Of a DNA stretch of 39,260 nucleotides, positions 10,596 through 19,444 are shown in pieces; the stretch's first letter is position 1; each line of letters starts with the position of its first letter. A model generated the notes under the pieces. That model was not told the DNA's origin. It did no database searches and saw nothing but the letters and a program-made list of their open reading frames with translations. A program made the position numbers and the translations under genes. Source of the DNA: an uncultured Bifidobacterium sp. (GTDB taxonomy: Bacteria > Actinomycetota > Actinomycetes > S36-B12 > UBA5976); NCBI GenBank assembly GCA_964639395.1, contig CAZXCT010000002.1:11925-51184 (forward strand), given 5' to 3'.

Positions 10596-11179
10596 AAGGA
10601 GCCCTTGGTTGAGGGGACGCCGGAAACTCGTGGATCAATTTCACAAGCAATACGTAAAGCACGAGCGACCGCTTTAAACTGCGCTTCTACAATGTGGTGA
10701 GCGTTTTTTCCGTCTAACACTTCTACATGCAGAGTTATTTTAGATTGGTTCACAAAAGATTCCCAAATGTGTTTATTTAAAGTCGTATCGTAAGTCCCGA
10801 TCATGGGGGCCATTTCCGGTTCTTTATGTACTAAATACGGTCTACCTGATAAATCCACCGCCGCACGAACTAAAACATCATCTAGCGGAACAGTCGCATC
10901 TCCATAACGACGAATTGATGTTTTATCCCCTAAGGCAATTAAAAAAGCCTCACCCAAAGCCAAAGCGGTATCTTCGATTGTGTGATGCTCATCAACTTCG
11001 ATATCGCCAACTGTTTTTACAGTTAAATCAAAAAGACCGTGCTTGGAAAGCTGCGCCAACATGTGATCGTAAAAAGGTATTTGTGTGTCTATTGAATTTT
11101 CACCTGTGCCATCTAGGTTTAGTTCAATTTGTACTTTGCTCTCTTTAGTGTCTCGTGACACCTTGGCTGTACGACTCAT
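10592..11179 (-). CDS. hisB: Imidazoleglycerol-phosphate dehydratase
   Basis: 195 aa. DEHHTIEDTALALG, NAHHIVEAQFKA and C-terminal GVPSTKGSL motifs. Confidence 0.96.
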   Translation of the reverse strand: MSRTAKVSRDTKESKVQIELNLDGTGENSIDTQIPFYDHMLAQLSKHGLFDLTVKTVGDIEVDEHHTIEDTALALGEAFLIALGDKTSIRRYGDATVPLDDVLVRAAVDLSGRPYLVHKEPEMAPMIGTYDTTLNKHIWESFVNQSKITLHVEVLDGKNAHHIVEAQFKAVARALRIACEIDPRVSGVPSTKGSL

Positions 11180-11191
11180 ATTCCCGTTTCT

Positions 11192-12316
11192 TTAAGCAAA
11201 TTTTATAAGGTTATTATTCAGCAAGACCTGCAAGGTTTGTACAAAGGTCTTAGATTCTGCTTGTGTGCCAACGCTAACGCGCAAAAATCCTTTTATCCCA
11301 ACATCTCTTACCAAAATCGACTCATCCACCAGTGCCTGCCAGAGCGCCTTTTCGTCAAGCAGGTTTCCGACTAGTAAAAAATTAGCATCACTTTCAACAA
11401 TATAAAAACCCATTGTTGTTAATTCTGTTGACATCCAATTTCGAATTTGAATAATCTCATGCACCTGCTGTTGCAGAAGTTTGTGATTTTCTAAGGCAAC
11501 TCGCGCCATAATCTGACTCTGCAGCGACAAGTGGTAAGGCAACCTAGTCAGCGTCAATGCGGCAATAGTTTGTGCTTGTGCTGTGACATATCCAATTCGT
11601 GCCCCCGCAAAAGCAAAAGCCTTACTCATAGTTCGCGTCACAAATAAATTCGAATATTTTCTAATCAAAGATATTGCACTTTGATTCTGAGAGAACTCCC
11701 CATACGCTTCATCTACAACAAAAATAGCGTTGGGTGCCGCTTTGATTAGGATTTCTAAATCACTCAAATTAGTACTTGTACCCGTTGGGTTATTGGGCGT
11801 TGTGATAAATACGATTCGCGGCTCATTGCTTGTAAGGTAATCAACGGCCGCTTTTTGGTCAATTAAAAAATTCTTGTCGCGCGGTAAAGAGATGTATTGA
11901 TACCCATTTACTTCACTAAGGATTTTATGCATTGAGTAACTTGGCTCAAATCCAACAGCTAATGCACCTGGGTCAGAAAAGGCTTGCAGAATTTGTTGCA
12001 ATATTTCATTTGAGCCATTAGCTGCCCATACTTCATTCTTACTTAGCTTTTCTTGAGTAATTTCATGCAAGTATTCAGCTATCGCCTCGCGCAACAGATT
12101 ATGTGAACGATCGGGATATCGATTGCTGTTTTCTAGGCTCTTATCTAACTCAGCCAGAATTAGTATCTTTACTTTTTGAGGTAGGTTAAATGGATTTTCA
12201 TTTGTATTAAGTTTTATTCTGCAATCTAAAACTGGAGCGCCATAAGCCTTCGCTGATAAGACTTTTTTACCTAACGGTAATTTCTTATTTATCTCAATAT
12301 TTTCAATATCTGACAT
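11192..12316 (-). CDS. hisC: Histidinol-phosphate aminotransferase
   Basis: 374 aa. KLNTNENPF, YPD, TPNNPTG and TMSKAFAFAGARIGY (PLP lysine) motifs. Confidence 0.94.
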   Translation of the reverse strand: MSDIENIEINKKLPLGKKVLSAKAYGAPVLDCRIKLNTNENPFNLPQKVKILILAELDKSLENSNRYPDRSHNLLREAIAEYLHEITQEKLSKNEVWAANGSNEILQQILQAFSDPGALAVGFEPSYSMHKILSEVNGYQYISLPRDKNFLIDQKAAVDYLTSNEPRIVFITTPNNPTGTSTNLSDLEILIKAAPNAIFVVDEAYGEFSQNQSAISLIRKYSNLFVTRTMSKAFAFAGARIGYVTAQAQTIAALTLTRLPYHLSLQSQIMARVALENHKLLQQQVHEIIQIRNWMSTELTTMGFYIVESDANFLLVGNLLDEKALWQALVDESILVRDVGIKGFLRVSVGTQAESKTFVQTLQVLLNNNLIKFA

Positions 12317-12319
12317 AAC

Positions 12320-13606
12320 TTAGTTTTCAAAACGTATATCGACAGCTGCTCCATGCGCCGGAAGATCTTCCGCCGCTGAGAGGACTCTTAAGTGTCCTCT
12401 TACTTCTGAAAGCGCTGCTTCGTCATACTCAATATATTGAACTCCCCTTAAAAAAGTTTGCACACTTAATCCAGATGAGTGACAGGCGCAGCCACCAGTG
12501 GGCAGCACATGATTACTACCCGCTAAATAATCACCTAACGAAACTGGTGCAAACGCACCAATAAATACTGCACCAGCATTTTTTATTCTTTTTGCATCTG
12601 CCTTAGCATCTTTGGTCTGTATTTCTAAGTGCTCAGCTGCATAACTATTTACTACTGCCAACCCTTGGGTGATGTCTTTGACCAACACTATTGCGCTCTG
12701 AATTCCTGAAAGCGCAGTTGTTATCCGACTTGAATGTTTTGTATTCGCGACTTGAACTTTGAGCTCTGCTAAGACAGCTTCCGCAAGTTCTTCGCTGTCT
12801 GTAACTAATATGCTTGCCGCTGCTACGTCGTGCTCTGCTTGACTAATTAAATCAGCGGCAACCCAATCCGCTCTTGCACTCGAATCTGCCAAAATTGCGA
12901 TTTCGGTTGGACCTGCTTCTGAGTCAATGGCAACTAATCCACGAACTAATCTTTTTGCTGCAGTTACATAGATATTGCCAGGCCCCGTTATTAAATTTAC
13001 TCTTTGGCAACTTTTAGTTCCATAGGCCAACATGGCAATCGCTTGCGCACCGCCAGCTGCGTAAACTTCTTCGATGTTTAATAAGGCGCATGCCGCTAAA
13101 ACTGCTTGGTGTGGCCAACCCTGATTGTCTATTTGTCCTGGTGAGACCACCGCGATGGATTCTACTTTTGCAACTTGGGCTGGGACAACATTCATAATCA
13201 CACTTGAAGGATAGATTGCGCCGCCCGCAGGAACATATAAACCAACACGAGCAACCGGCAACCAATCTATTTTCACAAATCCACCCGGAGCAATCTCAAC
13301 TTCGGTGGCTTGTCGAGTTTGGGCTTGGTGAAACTTTTTAACTCTTTTTATAGCTTCTTTTAGTGATTCGACTAATTGTGGATCACACGCTACGAGCGCT
13401 TGTTGAATAATTTCTTTCGGTACTCGCAATTGAGATTGCTCAACGTTTGAAAATTTTCTATTCCAGCCAATTACTGCACTATCGCCAAATTCTTTAACCT
13501 CGCTTAAAACCGCTTTAACATCAGCCGTTACTGACTCGATATTCAAGATAGCGCGCGGCAGCTCGACAAGTTCGGCGTTTTCTCGCAGGTCGATTATCTG
13601 AATCAT
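12320..13606 (-). CDS. hisD: Histidinol dehydrogenase
   Basis: 428 aa. GLYVPAGGAIYPSSVIM, GPTEIAILAD, SQAEHD and AEHLEI motifs. Confidence 0.96.
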   Translation of the reverse strand: MIQIIDLRENAELVELPRAILNIESVTADVKAVLSEVKEFGDSAVIGWNRKFSNVEQSQLRVPKEIIQQALVACDPQLVESLKEAIKRVKKFHQAQTRQATEVEIAPGGFVKIDWLPVARVGLYVPAGGAIYPSSVIMNVVPAQVAKVESIAVVSPGQIDNQGWPHQAVLAACALLNIEEVYAAGGAQAIAMLAYGTKSCQRVNLITGPGNIYVTAAKRLVRGLVAIDSEAGPTEIAILADSSARADWVAADLISQAEHDVAAASILVTDSEELAEAVLAELKVQVANTKHSSRITTALSGIQSAIVLVKDITQGLAVVNSYAAEHLEIQTKDAKADAKRIKNAGAVFIGAFAPVSLGDYLAGSNHVLPTGGCACHSSGLSVQTFLRGVQYIEYDEAALSEVRGHLRVLSAAEDLPAHGAAVDIRFEN

Positions 13607-13612
13607 TTGAGC

Positions 13613-13618
13613 ATTCTA
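13613..13618 (-). promoter_or_regulatory. Candidate -10 box TAGAAT for a leaderless hisD transcript
   Basis: The minus strand reads TAGAAT-GCTCAA-ATG. A TANNNT hexamer lies 6 nt before the start codon with no SD in between. Confidence 0.4.
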
Positions 13619-13647
13619 CTTGATGAGCCGAAAGTGGAGTAATCACT

Positions 13648-13653
13648 TATTCT
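13648..13653 (+). promoter_or_regulatory. Candidate -10 box TATTCT for a leaderless Lon-N-domain gene transcript
   Basis: The plus strand reads TATTCT-TTTGCT-ATG, the same 6-nt geometry as hisD on the opposite strand. Confidence 0.35.
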
Positions 13654-13659
13654 TTTGCT

Positions 13660-14328
13660 ATGGATTTAGAAGAAGTCATTCCCATCTTTCCGCTATCGAC
13701 GGTATTGGTGCCGGGAATGAACTTTCCCTTACATATTTTTGAAGCAAGGTATCGCCAATTAGTGACAGACCTGTTAGCGCTTGCTGAAACAGATAGAAAG
13801 TTTGGAGTAATTTCAATAAAGGCTGGGTGGGAGGTAGGGGAAGACCAAATTCCTACGCTTTACAAAGTTGGCACCATTGCCACTGTTCGTAAAGTTAAAC
13901 AGCTCGCTGACGGAAAGTTTGATTTACAAACCACAGGTTCCGATAGATTTGAAATTAAAGATGTGTTTAAAAATCGCGCACCTTACTTAACGGCTCGCGT
14001 GGTAATTATCCCTCCGGTAGTGAGTGACCAGACGGATTACCAAGTAAGCACTACGCAAAGTGCCTATTTAAACTATTTGAGAACAATGGGTGAAGTGACA
14101 GAAGCGACCTATGCTCAACTTCCGACTCAAGGTAGTGCACTTGCTAATTTACTGATTAGCACTATTTCGTTCAATGTACCTGAACAACAATCTTTGTTAG
14201 AGATGAATAATGTTTCTGATAAATTGAATAAACTTACCCAAATATTTAAAAGAGAATCAAAGCTTTTACAAACTATCCCTAGTATTCCCGCCCCCTATTT
14301 AACGGGTAGTGAAATCAGCCTAAACTAA
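13660..14328 (+). CDS. Lon N-terminal (LON substrate-binding) domain protein, no ATPase or protease domain
   Basis: 222 aa. IPIFPLSTVLVPGMNFPLHIFEARYRQL is the characteristic start of the Lon N domain. Confidence 0.8.
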   Translation: MDLEEVIPIFPLSTVLVPGMNFPLHIFEARYRQLVTDLLALAETDRKFGVISIKAGWEVGEDQIPTLYKVGTIATVRKVKQLADGKFDLQTTGSDRFEIKDVFKNRAPYLTARVVIIPPVVSDQTDYQVSTTQSAYLNYLRTMGEVTEATYAQLPTQGSALANLLISTISFNVPEQQSLLEMNNVSDKLNKLTQIFKRESKLLQTIPSIPAPYLTGSEISLN

Positions 14329-17300
14329 GCAACTGCTGCGGGTCCGAGTAGAGCTTTCAAGTCCGCAAATAAAGATAAACTTGGATTCACTTTTAGTTTT
14401 TCGTCGATTTTTAAAACAGTTACCTTTCCAGCATTTCTTACATGAAGCAGCACTTCACTAGTTCCGGGATGCGTTTGAAGCACTTGCTTAATTGAATCAA
14501 CCACCTCAGCGGTACACCTTGCCGCTGGCAACTTAACAACAATTGGCCCAGTGCGCTGTTTATTTACATCGGGTACAAATGCCTCAAGCGCAACAACTCT
14601 TGGGTTGTCTTCTTCTCTTAAATCCATTCTTATTCTGAAACCTAAAATTGCATCTTCATGAAGTAGGTTCGCAATCTGCTGATAAACCTGCGGAAATACC
14701 ATAATTTCGCCCACCCCAGCTAAATCCTCTAAAGTCACGATCGCCCAGGCTGCCCCTTGTTTAGTAATTTTTCTATTGAGAGCTGTGACTAACCCCGCAA
14801 CATTCAAAACTTGACCATCCGCACGTTCATCGCTGGCTAATTCTGATATTGCTACATCGCTATGTTGCTCCAAGATGTGTTCAACGCCAAATAGCGGATG
14901 ATCACTGACATAAAGCCCCAACATTTCCCTTTCAAAAGTTAGCAAAGTGGACTTATCCCACTCCCCATCTGGAATCTTTTGAACAAATCCACTCTTTAGC
15001 TCTGAATCAAACATGTCATTAAATAAATCAAATTGACCAATTGCTTGCGCGCGCTTTCTCTCTACCGCTTGCTCTACCGCTTCTAGATGAATGCTTAAAA
15101 GACCTTTTCGACTTGGTGATATTGAATCAAAAGCCCCGGCTTTTATCAGTGATTCTATAATTCTTTTTGAGCAAACTTGCGATTCTATTTTTTCTAAGAA
15201 GTCGGCAAAAGTTTCAAATTTACCCTTTTCTGCCCGAGTCTTAAGAACGGATTCAACTACCCCGATACCAATATTTTTAATGGCAGATAATCCAAAGCGA
15301 ATATTGCCTTCGCTGGGGGCAAATTCTGCACTCGAAAAATTAACATCTGGGGGCAGTACCAAGATCCCCATCCGGCGACATTCATTTAAATAAATTGCTA
15401 ATTTGTCTCTGTCGTCTTTAACGCTAGTAAGAAGTGCGCTCATGTATTCCGCCGGAAAATTTGCTTTCAAGTAGGCAGTCCAGTAAGAAACCAACCCATA
15501 GCCAGCGGTATGCGCTTTATTAAAAGCATAATCAGAAAAAGGAATTAGTAATTCCCACAGCGTCTTTATTGCATCTGCCGAATATCCATTGTTGATCATG
15601 CCATCTCTAAATGGAATAAACTCCTTGTCAAGAATTTCTTTCTTCTTTTTGCCCATGGCTCTACGTAGTAAATCTGCGGCGCCTAATGAATAGTTAGCAA
15701 CTTTTTGAGCAATTTCCATTACTTGCTCTTGATAAACAATCAGCCCATAGGTGTCTTTTAGTATCTCACCGAGTACCCCCGCTAACTCTTCATGAATAGC
15801 GACAACTTCTTTACGACTGTTTTTTCTATCGGCATAATCTATATGGGCGCCTGCACCCATTGGCCCCGGTCGATACAACGCCAACACCGCGCTGATGTGC
15901 TCAAATTCTTCTGGTTGCATCGCCCGCAAAAGTGACCGCATTGGTCCGCCGTCTAACTGAAATACTCCTAAGGTCTCACCACGCGCCAGCAGTTGGTAAG
16001 TCTTCTCGTCAGTCAACGCTAAATCTTCCAAAACAACTTTTTTACCTTGATGAATCTCAATGAGCGCTAGTGCGTCGTCTAAAACTGTCAAATTTCGCAG
16101 CCCTAGAAAATCCATTTTCAATAGGCCCATTGATTCGCATGCACCCATGTCAAACTGCGTGATAATTGAATCATCTTGTTCTCGTCTCCACATAGGGACT
16201 ACATCCATCAGTGGCACTCGACATAAAATCACCCCAGCCGCATGCACGCCTGGCTGTCGCTTTAGACCCTCAAAGCCTTTTGCTGTGTCAACGATTTTTT
16301 TAACATCTTTGTCATTGTTATAAAGTTCTCGCAATCCAGCGGCTTCTGCGTAACGCGAATCTTTTTTGTCAAAAACACCAGCGAGTGTTATATCTTTACC
16401 CATTATTGCTGGCGGTAGTGCTTTGGTGACTTTGTCGCTAACCGCAAACGCAAACCCTAATACTCTCGCCGCGTCTTTTATTGCTGCTTTGGCTTTTATT
16501 GTTCCGTAAGTAACAATTTGCGCAACGTGATCAGAACCGTACTTCTCAGTCGCATACTTAATCATTTCAGTACGTCGCCGCTCGTCAAAATCTATGTCAA
16601 TATCTGGCATAGAGATGCGGTCTGGATTCAAAAATCTTTCAAATAATAATCCATGAACTATTGGATCCAATTCTGTAATACCTAAGGCGTAAGCAATAAC
16701 TGCGCCGCCAACGGAGCCTCTACCGGGTCCGACTCGTATTCCATTTTCTTTTGCATGCCGAATTAAATCTGCTACTACTAGAAAGTAACTAGGAAAACCC
16801 ATTTGCTCAACTACCTGTAGTTCATACTTAGCTTGATTTAGATGGCTCTCTGGCACTTCACCGCGAAATCTTTTCTTTAATCCTAAATAAACTTCTTTCT
16901 CTAACCAGCTGGCTTCTGTTTCACCTTCCGGTACTTCGAACGAAGGCATCAAGTTTGATCCTTCATTAATTTCGATGTTACATTTTTCTGCAATCAAAAG
17001 TGTGTTGTCACAAGCTTGTGGAAACTCCTTCCAGATTTCACGCATTTGCTGTGCAGATTTCAAGTAGAAGTCTTGCGCGTCAAATTTAAATCGATTTGGA
17101 TCGTCTAGCGTAGTTCGAGTTCCGATGCAAAGCAGTGCCTCATGAATTGGAGCATGTTCGGCTTTTACATAATGTAAATCGTTCGTGGCGACCAAAGGTA
17201 AATTTAATTTTTTAGCAATTTCAAGCAATGCGGGCATAGTTTTTGTCTCGATAGCCAAGCCGTGATTCATTAATTCGGCGTAATAATTTTCTTTTCCTAA

Positions 17301-17852
17301 TATTTCTTGCATTCTGGCTGCCGCTTGCAATGCCTTTTCGTTTTCACCCGCTTGCAGCCACCTGTTTACCTCTCCAGATGGACAACCGGTGGTTCCAATT
17401 AATCCAGCTCCGTATTGCACTAAAAGATCTTCATCAATTCGGGGTTTGTGATAATAACCATCAAAACTAGCTTGAGATGAAACTCTAAATAAATTACTTA
17501 AGCCTTGATTGTCTTTTGCCCACAAGGACATATGGGTGTAAGCCGCCTTGCCTTTACCAGCGAACTCTTCATCCTCTCCATCACTTACGCCTTGTCCAAA
17601 TTCAATTGGAGCGCGTACTTTTCTGCCTTGCGGGGCAAAGTAAGCTTCCACGCCGATGATGGGTTTAACGCCCTTACTTTTTGCAGTTTTATAAAAGTCA
17701 TAAACCCCATATAGGTAACCATGATCAGTAATGGCTATTGCTGGCATATTCTGGATTTTTACTTCATCAATCAACTCGTTGATTCGCGCGGCGCCATCAA
17801 GCATTGAGTATTCGGTGTGCACATGTAAATGCACAAAATCCGAACTTGACAC
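14325..17852 (-). CDS. dnaE: DNA polymerase III alpha subunit (DnaE1 type, PHP domain residues present)
   Basis: 1175 aa. FVHLHVHTEYSMLDGA (PHP), PDIDIDF and GLLKMDFLGLRNLT motifs. GTG start with AGGAG 6 nt upstream. Confidence 0.97.
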   Translation of the reverse strand: MSSSDFVHLHVHTEYSMLDGAARINELIDEVKIQNMPAIAITDHGYLYGVYDFYKTAKSKGVKPIIGVEAYFAPQGRKVRAPIEFGQGVSDGEDEEFAGKGKAAYTHMSLWAKDNQGLSNLFRVSSQASFDGYYHKPRIDEDLLVQYGAGLIGTTGCPSGEVNRWLQAGENEKALQAAARMQEILGKENYYAELMNHGLAIETKTMPALLEIAKKLNLPLVATNDLHYVKAEHAPIHEALLCIGTRTTLDDPNRFKFDAQDFYLKSAQQMREIWKEFPQACDNTLLIAEKCNIEINEGSNLMPSFEVPEGETEASWLEKEVYLGLKKRFRGEVPESHLNQAKYELQVVEQMGFPSYFLVVADLIRHAKENGIRVGPGRGSVGGAVIAYALGITELDPIVHGLLFERFLNPDRISMPDIDIDFDERRRTEMIKYATEKYGSDHVAQIVTYGTIKAKAAIKDAARVLGFAFAVSDKVTKALPPAIMGKDITLAGVFDKKDSRYAEAAGLRELYNNDKDVKKIVDTAKGFEGLKRQPGVHAAGVILCRVPLMDVVPMWRREQDDSIITQFDMGACESMGLLKMDFLGLRNLTVLDDALALIEIHQGKKVVLEDLALTDEKTYQLLARGETLGVFQLDGGPMRSLLRAMQPEEFEHISAVLALYRPGPMGAGAHIDYADRKNSRKEVVAIHEELAGVLGEILKDTYGLIVYQEQVMEIAQKVANYSLGAADLLRRAMGKKKKEILDKEFIPFRDGMINNGYSADAIKTLWELLIPFSDYAFNKAHTAGYGLVSYWTAYLKANFPAEYMSALLTSVKDDRDKLAIYLNECRRMGILVLPPDVNFSSAEFAPSEGNIRFGLSAIKNIGIGVVESVLKTRAEKGKFETFADFLEKIESQVCSKRIIESLIKAGAFDSISPSRKGLLSIHLEAVEQAVERKRAQAIGQFDLFNDMFDSELKSGFVQKIPDGEWDKSTLLTFEREMLGLYVSDHPLFGVEHILEQHSDVAISELASDERADGQVLNVAGLVTALNRKITKQGAAWAIVTLEDLAGVGEIMVFPQVYQQIANLLHEDAILGFRIRMDLREEDNPRVVALEAFVPDVNKQRTGPIVVKLPAARCTAEVVDSIKQVLQTHPGTSEVLLHVRNAGKVTVLKIDEKLKVNPSLSLFADLKALLGPAAVA

Positions 17853-17967
17853 CCAATACTCCTAAAACTTAAAGATTATCAAAATTAGCGGAAAACTCCG
17901 TATGACTCAACACTAGTCAACCGCTGCAAGTTTTTCGCTGAGCTTAAATTTAGCGTGTGTCTAGCCG

Positions 17968-18900
17968 CTAATACGAAGCTTTTAATTGCTCTAAAGCGTG
18001 TGCGAGATCGGATGGATACTCTGACTTAAAGGTCATTTGTTCCGAAGTGAGCGGATGGATAAACGATAACTCCACAGCGTGGAGCCACTGGCGGTCTAAC
18101 CCCAATTTTTTTGAAAGAGTTGGGTCAGCACCGTATAAGGAATCCCCGACACACGGATGCTTTATCGCCTGCATGTGGACTCTAATTTGATGAGTCCGAC
18201 CTGTCTCAAGCGAAACTTCTAAAAGTGAAGCATGCGCCCAAGATTCAAGAGTTCGATAATGCGTAACGCTTGGCTTTCCACCAACCCGTACGGCAAATTT
18301 ATGAGTCTGCCCCACCATTCGTTCTAATGGTGCATCGATGGTTCCTTCACTTGGGTCAGGGTGGCCTTGCACTAACGCATGGTAAGTCTTTTTAATCTCA
18401 CGTGAACGAAATTGATCTTTTAACTTTGAATACGCTAATTCTGAAAGCGCCACAACCATTACGCCGGTTGTCCCAACATCCAATCTTTGAACTATTCCTT
18501 GCCGCTCGCTTGCCCCACTGGTAGCCGGCATAATCCCTTGAGCTTTCAATCCAGCAACTACTGTGGCGCCACTCCAGCCAACACTGGCATGAACTGCAAT
18601 ATCTTTAGGCTTCTCAATCACAACTAGATCAAGATCCTGATAGATGATATTTAGTGGAGCTTTCGGCGCAATATCTAAAAGTTCTGAGCGCGGCAGATCA
18701 AGATTTGCGTCTACTAGATCCCCCAGCTGAACTCGATAGGATTTATCACGAGTTTTTTGGTTTACCTGTACTTGACCTAATTCTATAATTTCTACAGCTT
18801 TACTTCTTGAGACTTCAGAAACCAATGCCAAAAACTGATCTAATCTAGTGTCGACTAATTCTTCTATAACTCTATATTCCATTTTTATTCTTAGTCTCAT
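17968..18900 (-). CDS. rluD: RluA/RluD-family 23S rRNA pseudouridine synthase with N-terminal S4-like domain
   Basis: 310 aa. RLDQFL (S4-like), VQRLDVGTTGVMVVA (catalytic Asp) and GRTHQIRVH motifs. The start is ambiguous: ATG at 18900 or ATG at 18882. Both overlap the end of lspA. Confidence 0.85.
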   Translation of the reverse strand: MRLRIKMEYRVIEELVDTRLDQFLALVSEVSRSKAVEIIELGQVQVNQKTRDKSYRVQLGDLVDANLDLPRSELLDIAPKAPLNIIYQDLDLVVIEKPKDIAVHASVGWSGATVVAGLKAQGIMPATSGASERQGIVQRLDVGTTGVMVVALSELAYSKLKDQFRSREIKKTYHALVQGHPDPSEGTIDAPLERMVGQTHKFAVRVGGKPSVTHYRTLESWAHASLLEVSLETGRTHQIRVHMQAIKHPCVGDSLYGADPTLSKKLGLDRQWLHAVELSFIHPLTSEQMTFKSEYPSDLAHALEQLKASY

Positions 18901-19390
18901 CCACTCTAAATACAGTTAAAAACACTATGGCGATTGCTGCAATTGTGATTGCTGCATCTGCAAAATTGAATATCGCAAATTTTTCTACTGCAACGAAGTC
19001 AACCACTCCACCGACAAAGAGTCCGGGGTCACGAAATATTCGGTCAATTAGGTTGCCCAACGCGCCGCCCATCATCAAACCCAGCGTAAGTAACCACCAC
19101 TTATTTGAAATTTTTAGGCTAAATCGAAAAATTACACCAATTACCACTACCGCAATTAGTGAGAACACCCAAGTCGCATTAGTTCCAAAACTAAACGCTG
19201 CTCCGGTATTTCTAGTCACAGTTAGTGTTACCCATGGCGCACCTGAAAAAAAATAATCCTCGATTAAAACTAGGCGAGGGCGATTTTCTAGATTTAACAC
19301 CGCAAAAAACTTTGAAATCTGATCGACCAAGGCCACTATGCCCGCCGTTAGCAAAACGGTTTTTCGAGAAGTAAAGGTAGATGAGGTCAT
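18872..19390 (-). CDS. lspA: Lipoprotein signal peptidase (signal peptidase II)
   Basis: NTGAAFSFG, GGALGNLIDR and FNFADAAI motifs. The ORF-track N-terminus (to 19492) runs across the ileS start. I chose the internal ATG at 19390 (MTSSTFTSRKTVLL...), which gives a typical 172-aa LspA. Confidence 0.88.
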   Translation of the reverse strand: MTSSTFTSRKTVLLTAGIVALVDQISKFFAVLNLENRPRLVLIEDYFFSGAPWVTLTVTRNTGAAFSFGTNATWVFSLIAVVVIGVIFRFSLKISNKWWLLTLGLMMGGALGNLIDRIFRDPGLFVGGVVDFVAVEKFAIFNFADAAITIAAIAIVFLTVFRVDETKNKNGI

Positions 19391-19434
19391 AACGGACACA
19401 CTACGCGTAGGCTGACGGAGGCTAGATTTTTGAC

Positions 19435-19440
19435 AGGAGG
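19435..19440 (+). promoter_or_regulatory. Shine-Dalgarno sequence of ileS (AGGAGG)
   Basis: AGGAGG lies 4 nt upstream of the ATG at 19445. Confidence 0.7.
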
Positions 19441-19444
19441 TGAG

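Noticed and set aside
13014-13265. Same-strand alternative-frame ORFs: 83 aa inside hisD; also 37468-37752 inside ftsW, and 29395-29679 and 29442-29675 across the pntB end.
   Set aside because: They are Cys/Arg/Ser-rich nonsense translations fully nested in, or straddling, strongly supported genes. They have no independent start signals.
17903-17919. Inverted repeat TGACT-N7-AGTCA upstream of dnaE as a possible operator (for example LexA-type).
   Set aside because: The arms are only 5 bp, which is expected by chance. It does not match the actinobacterial SOS box (TCGAAC-N4-GTTCGA).
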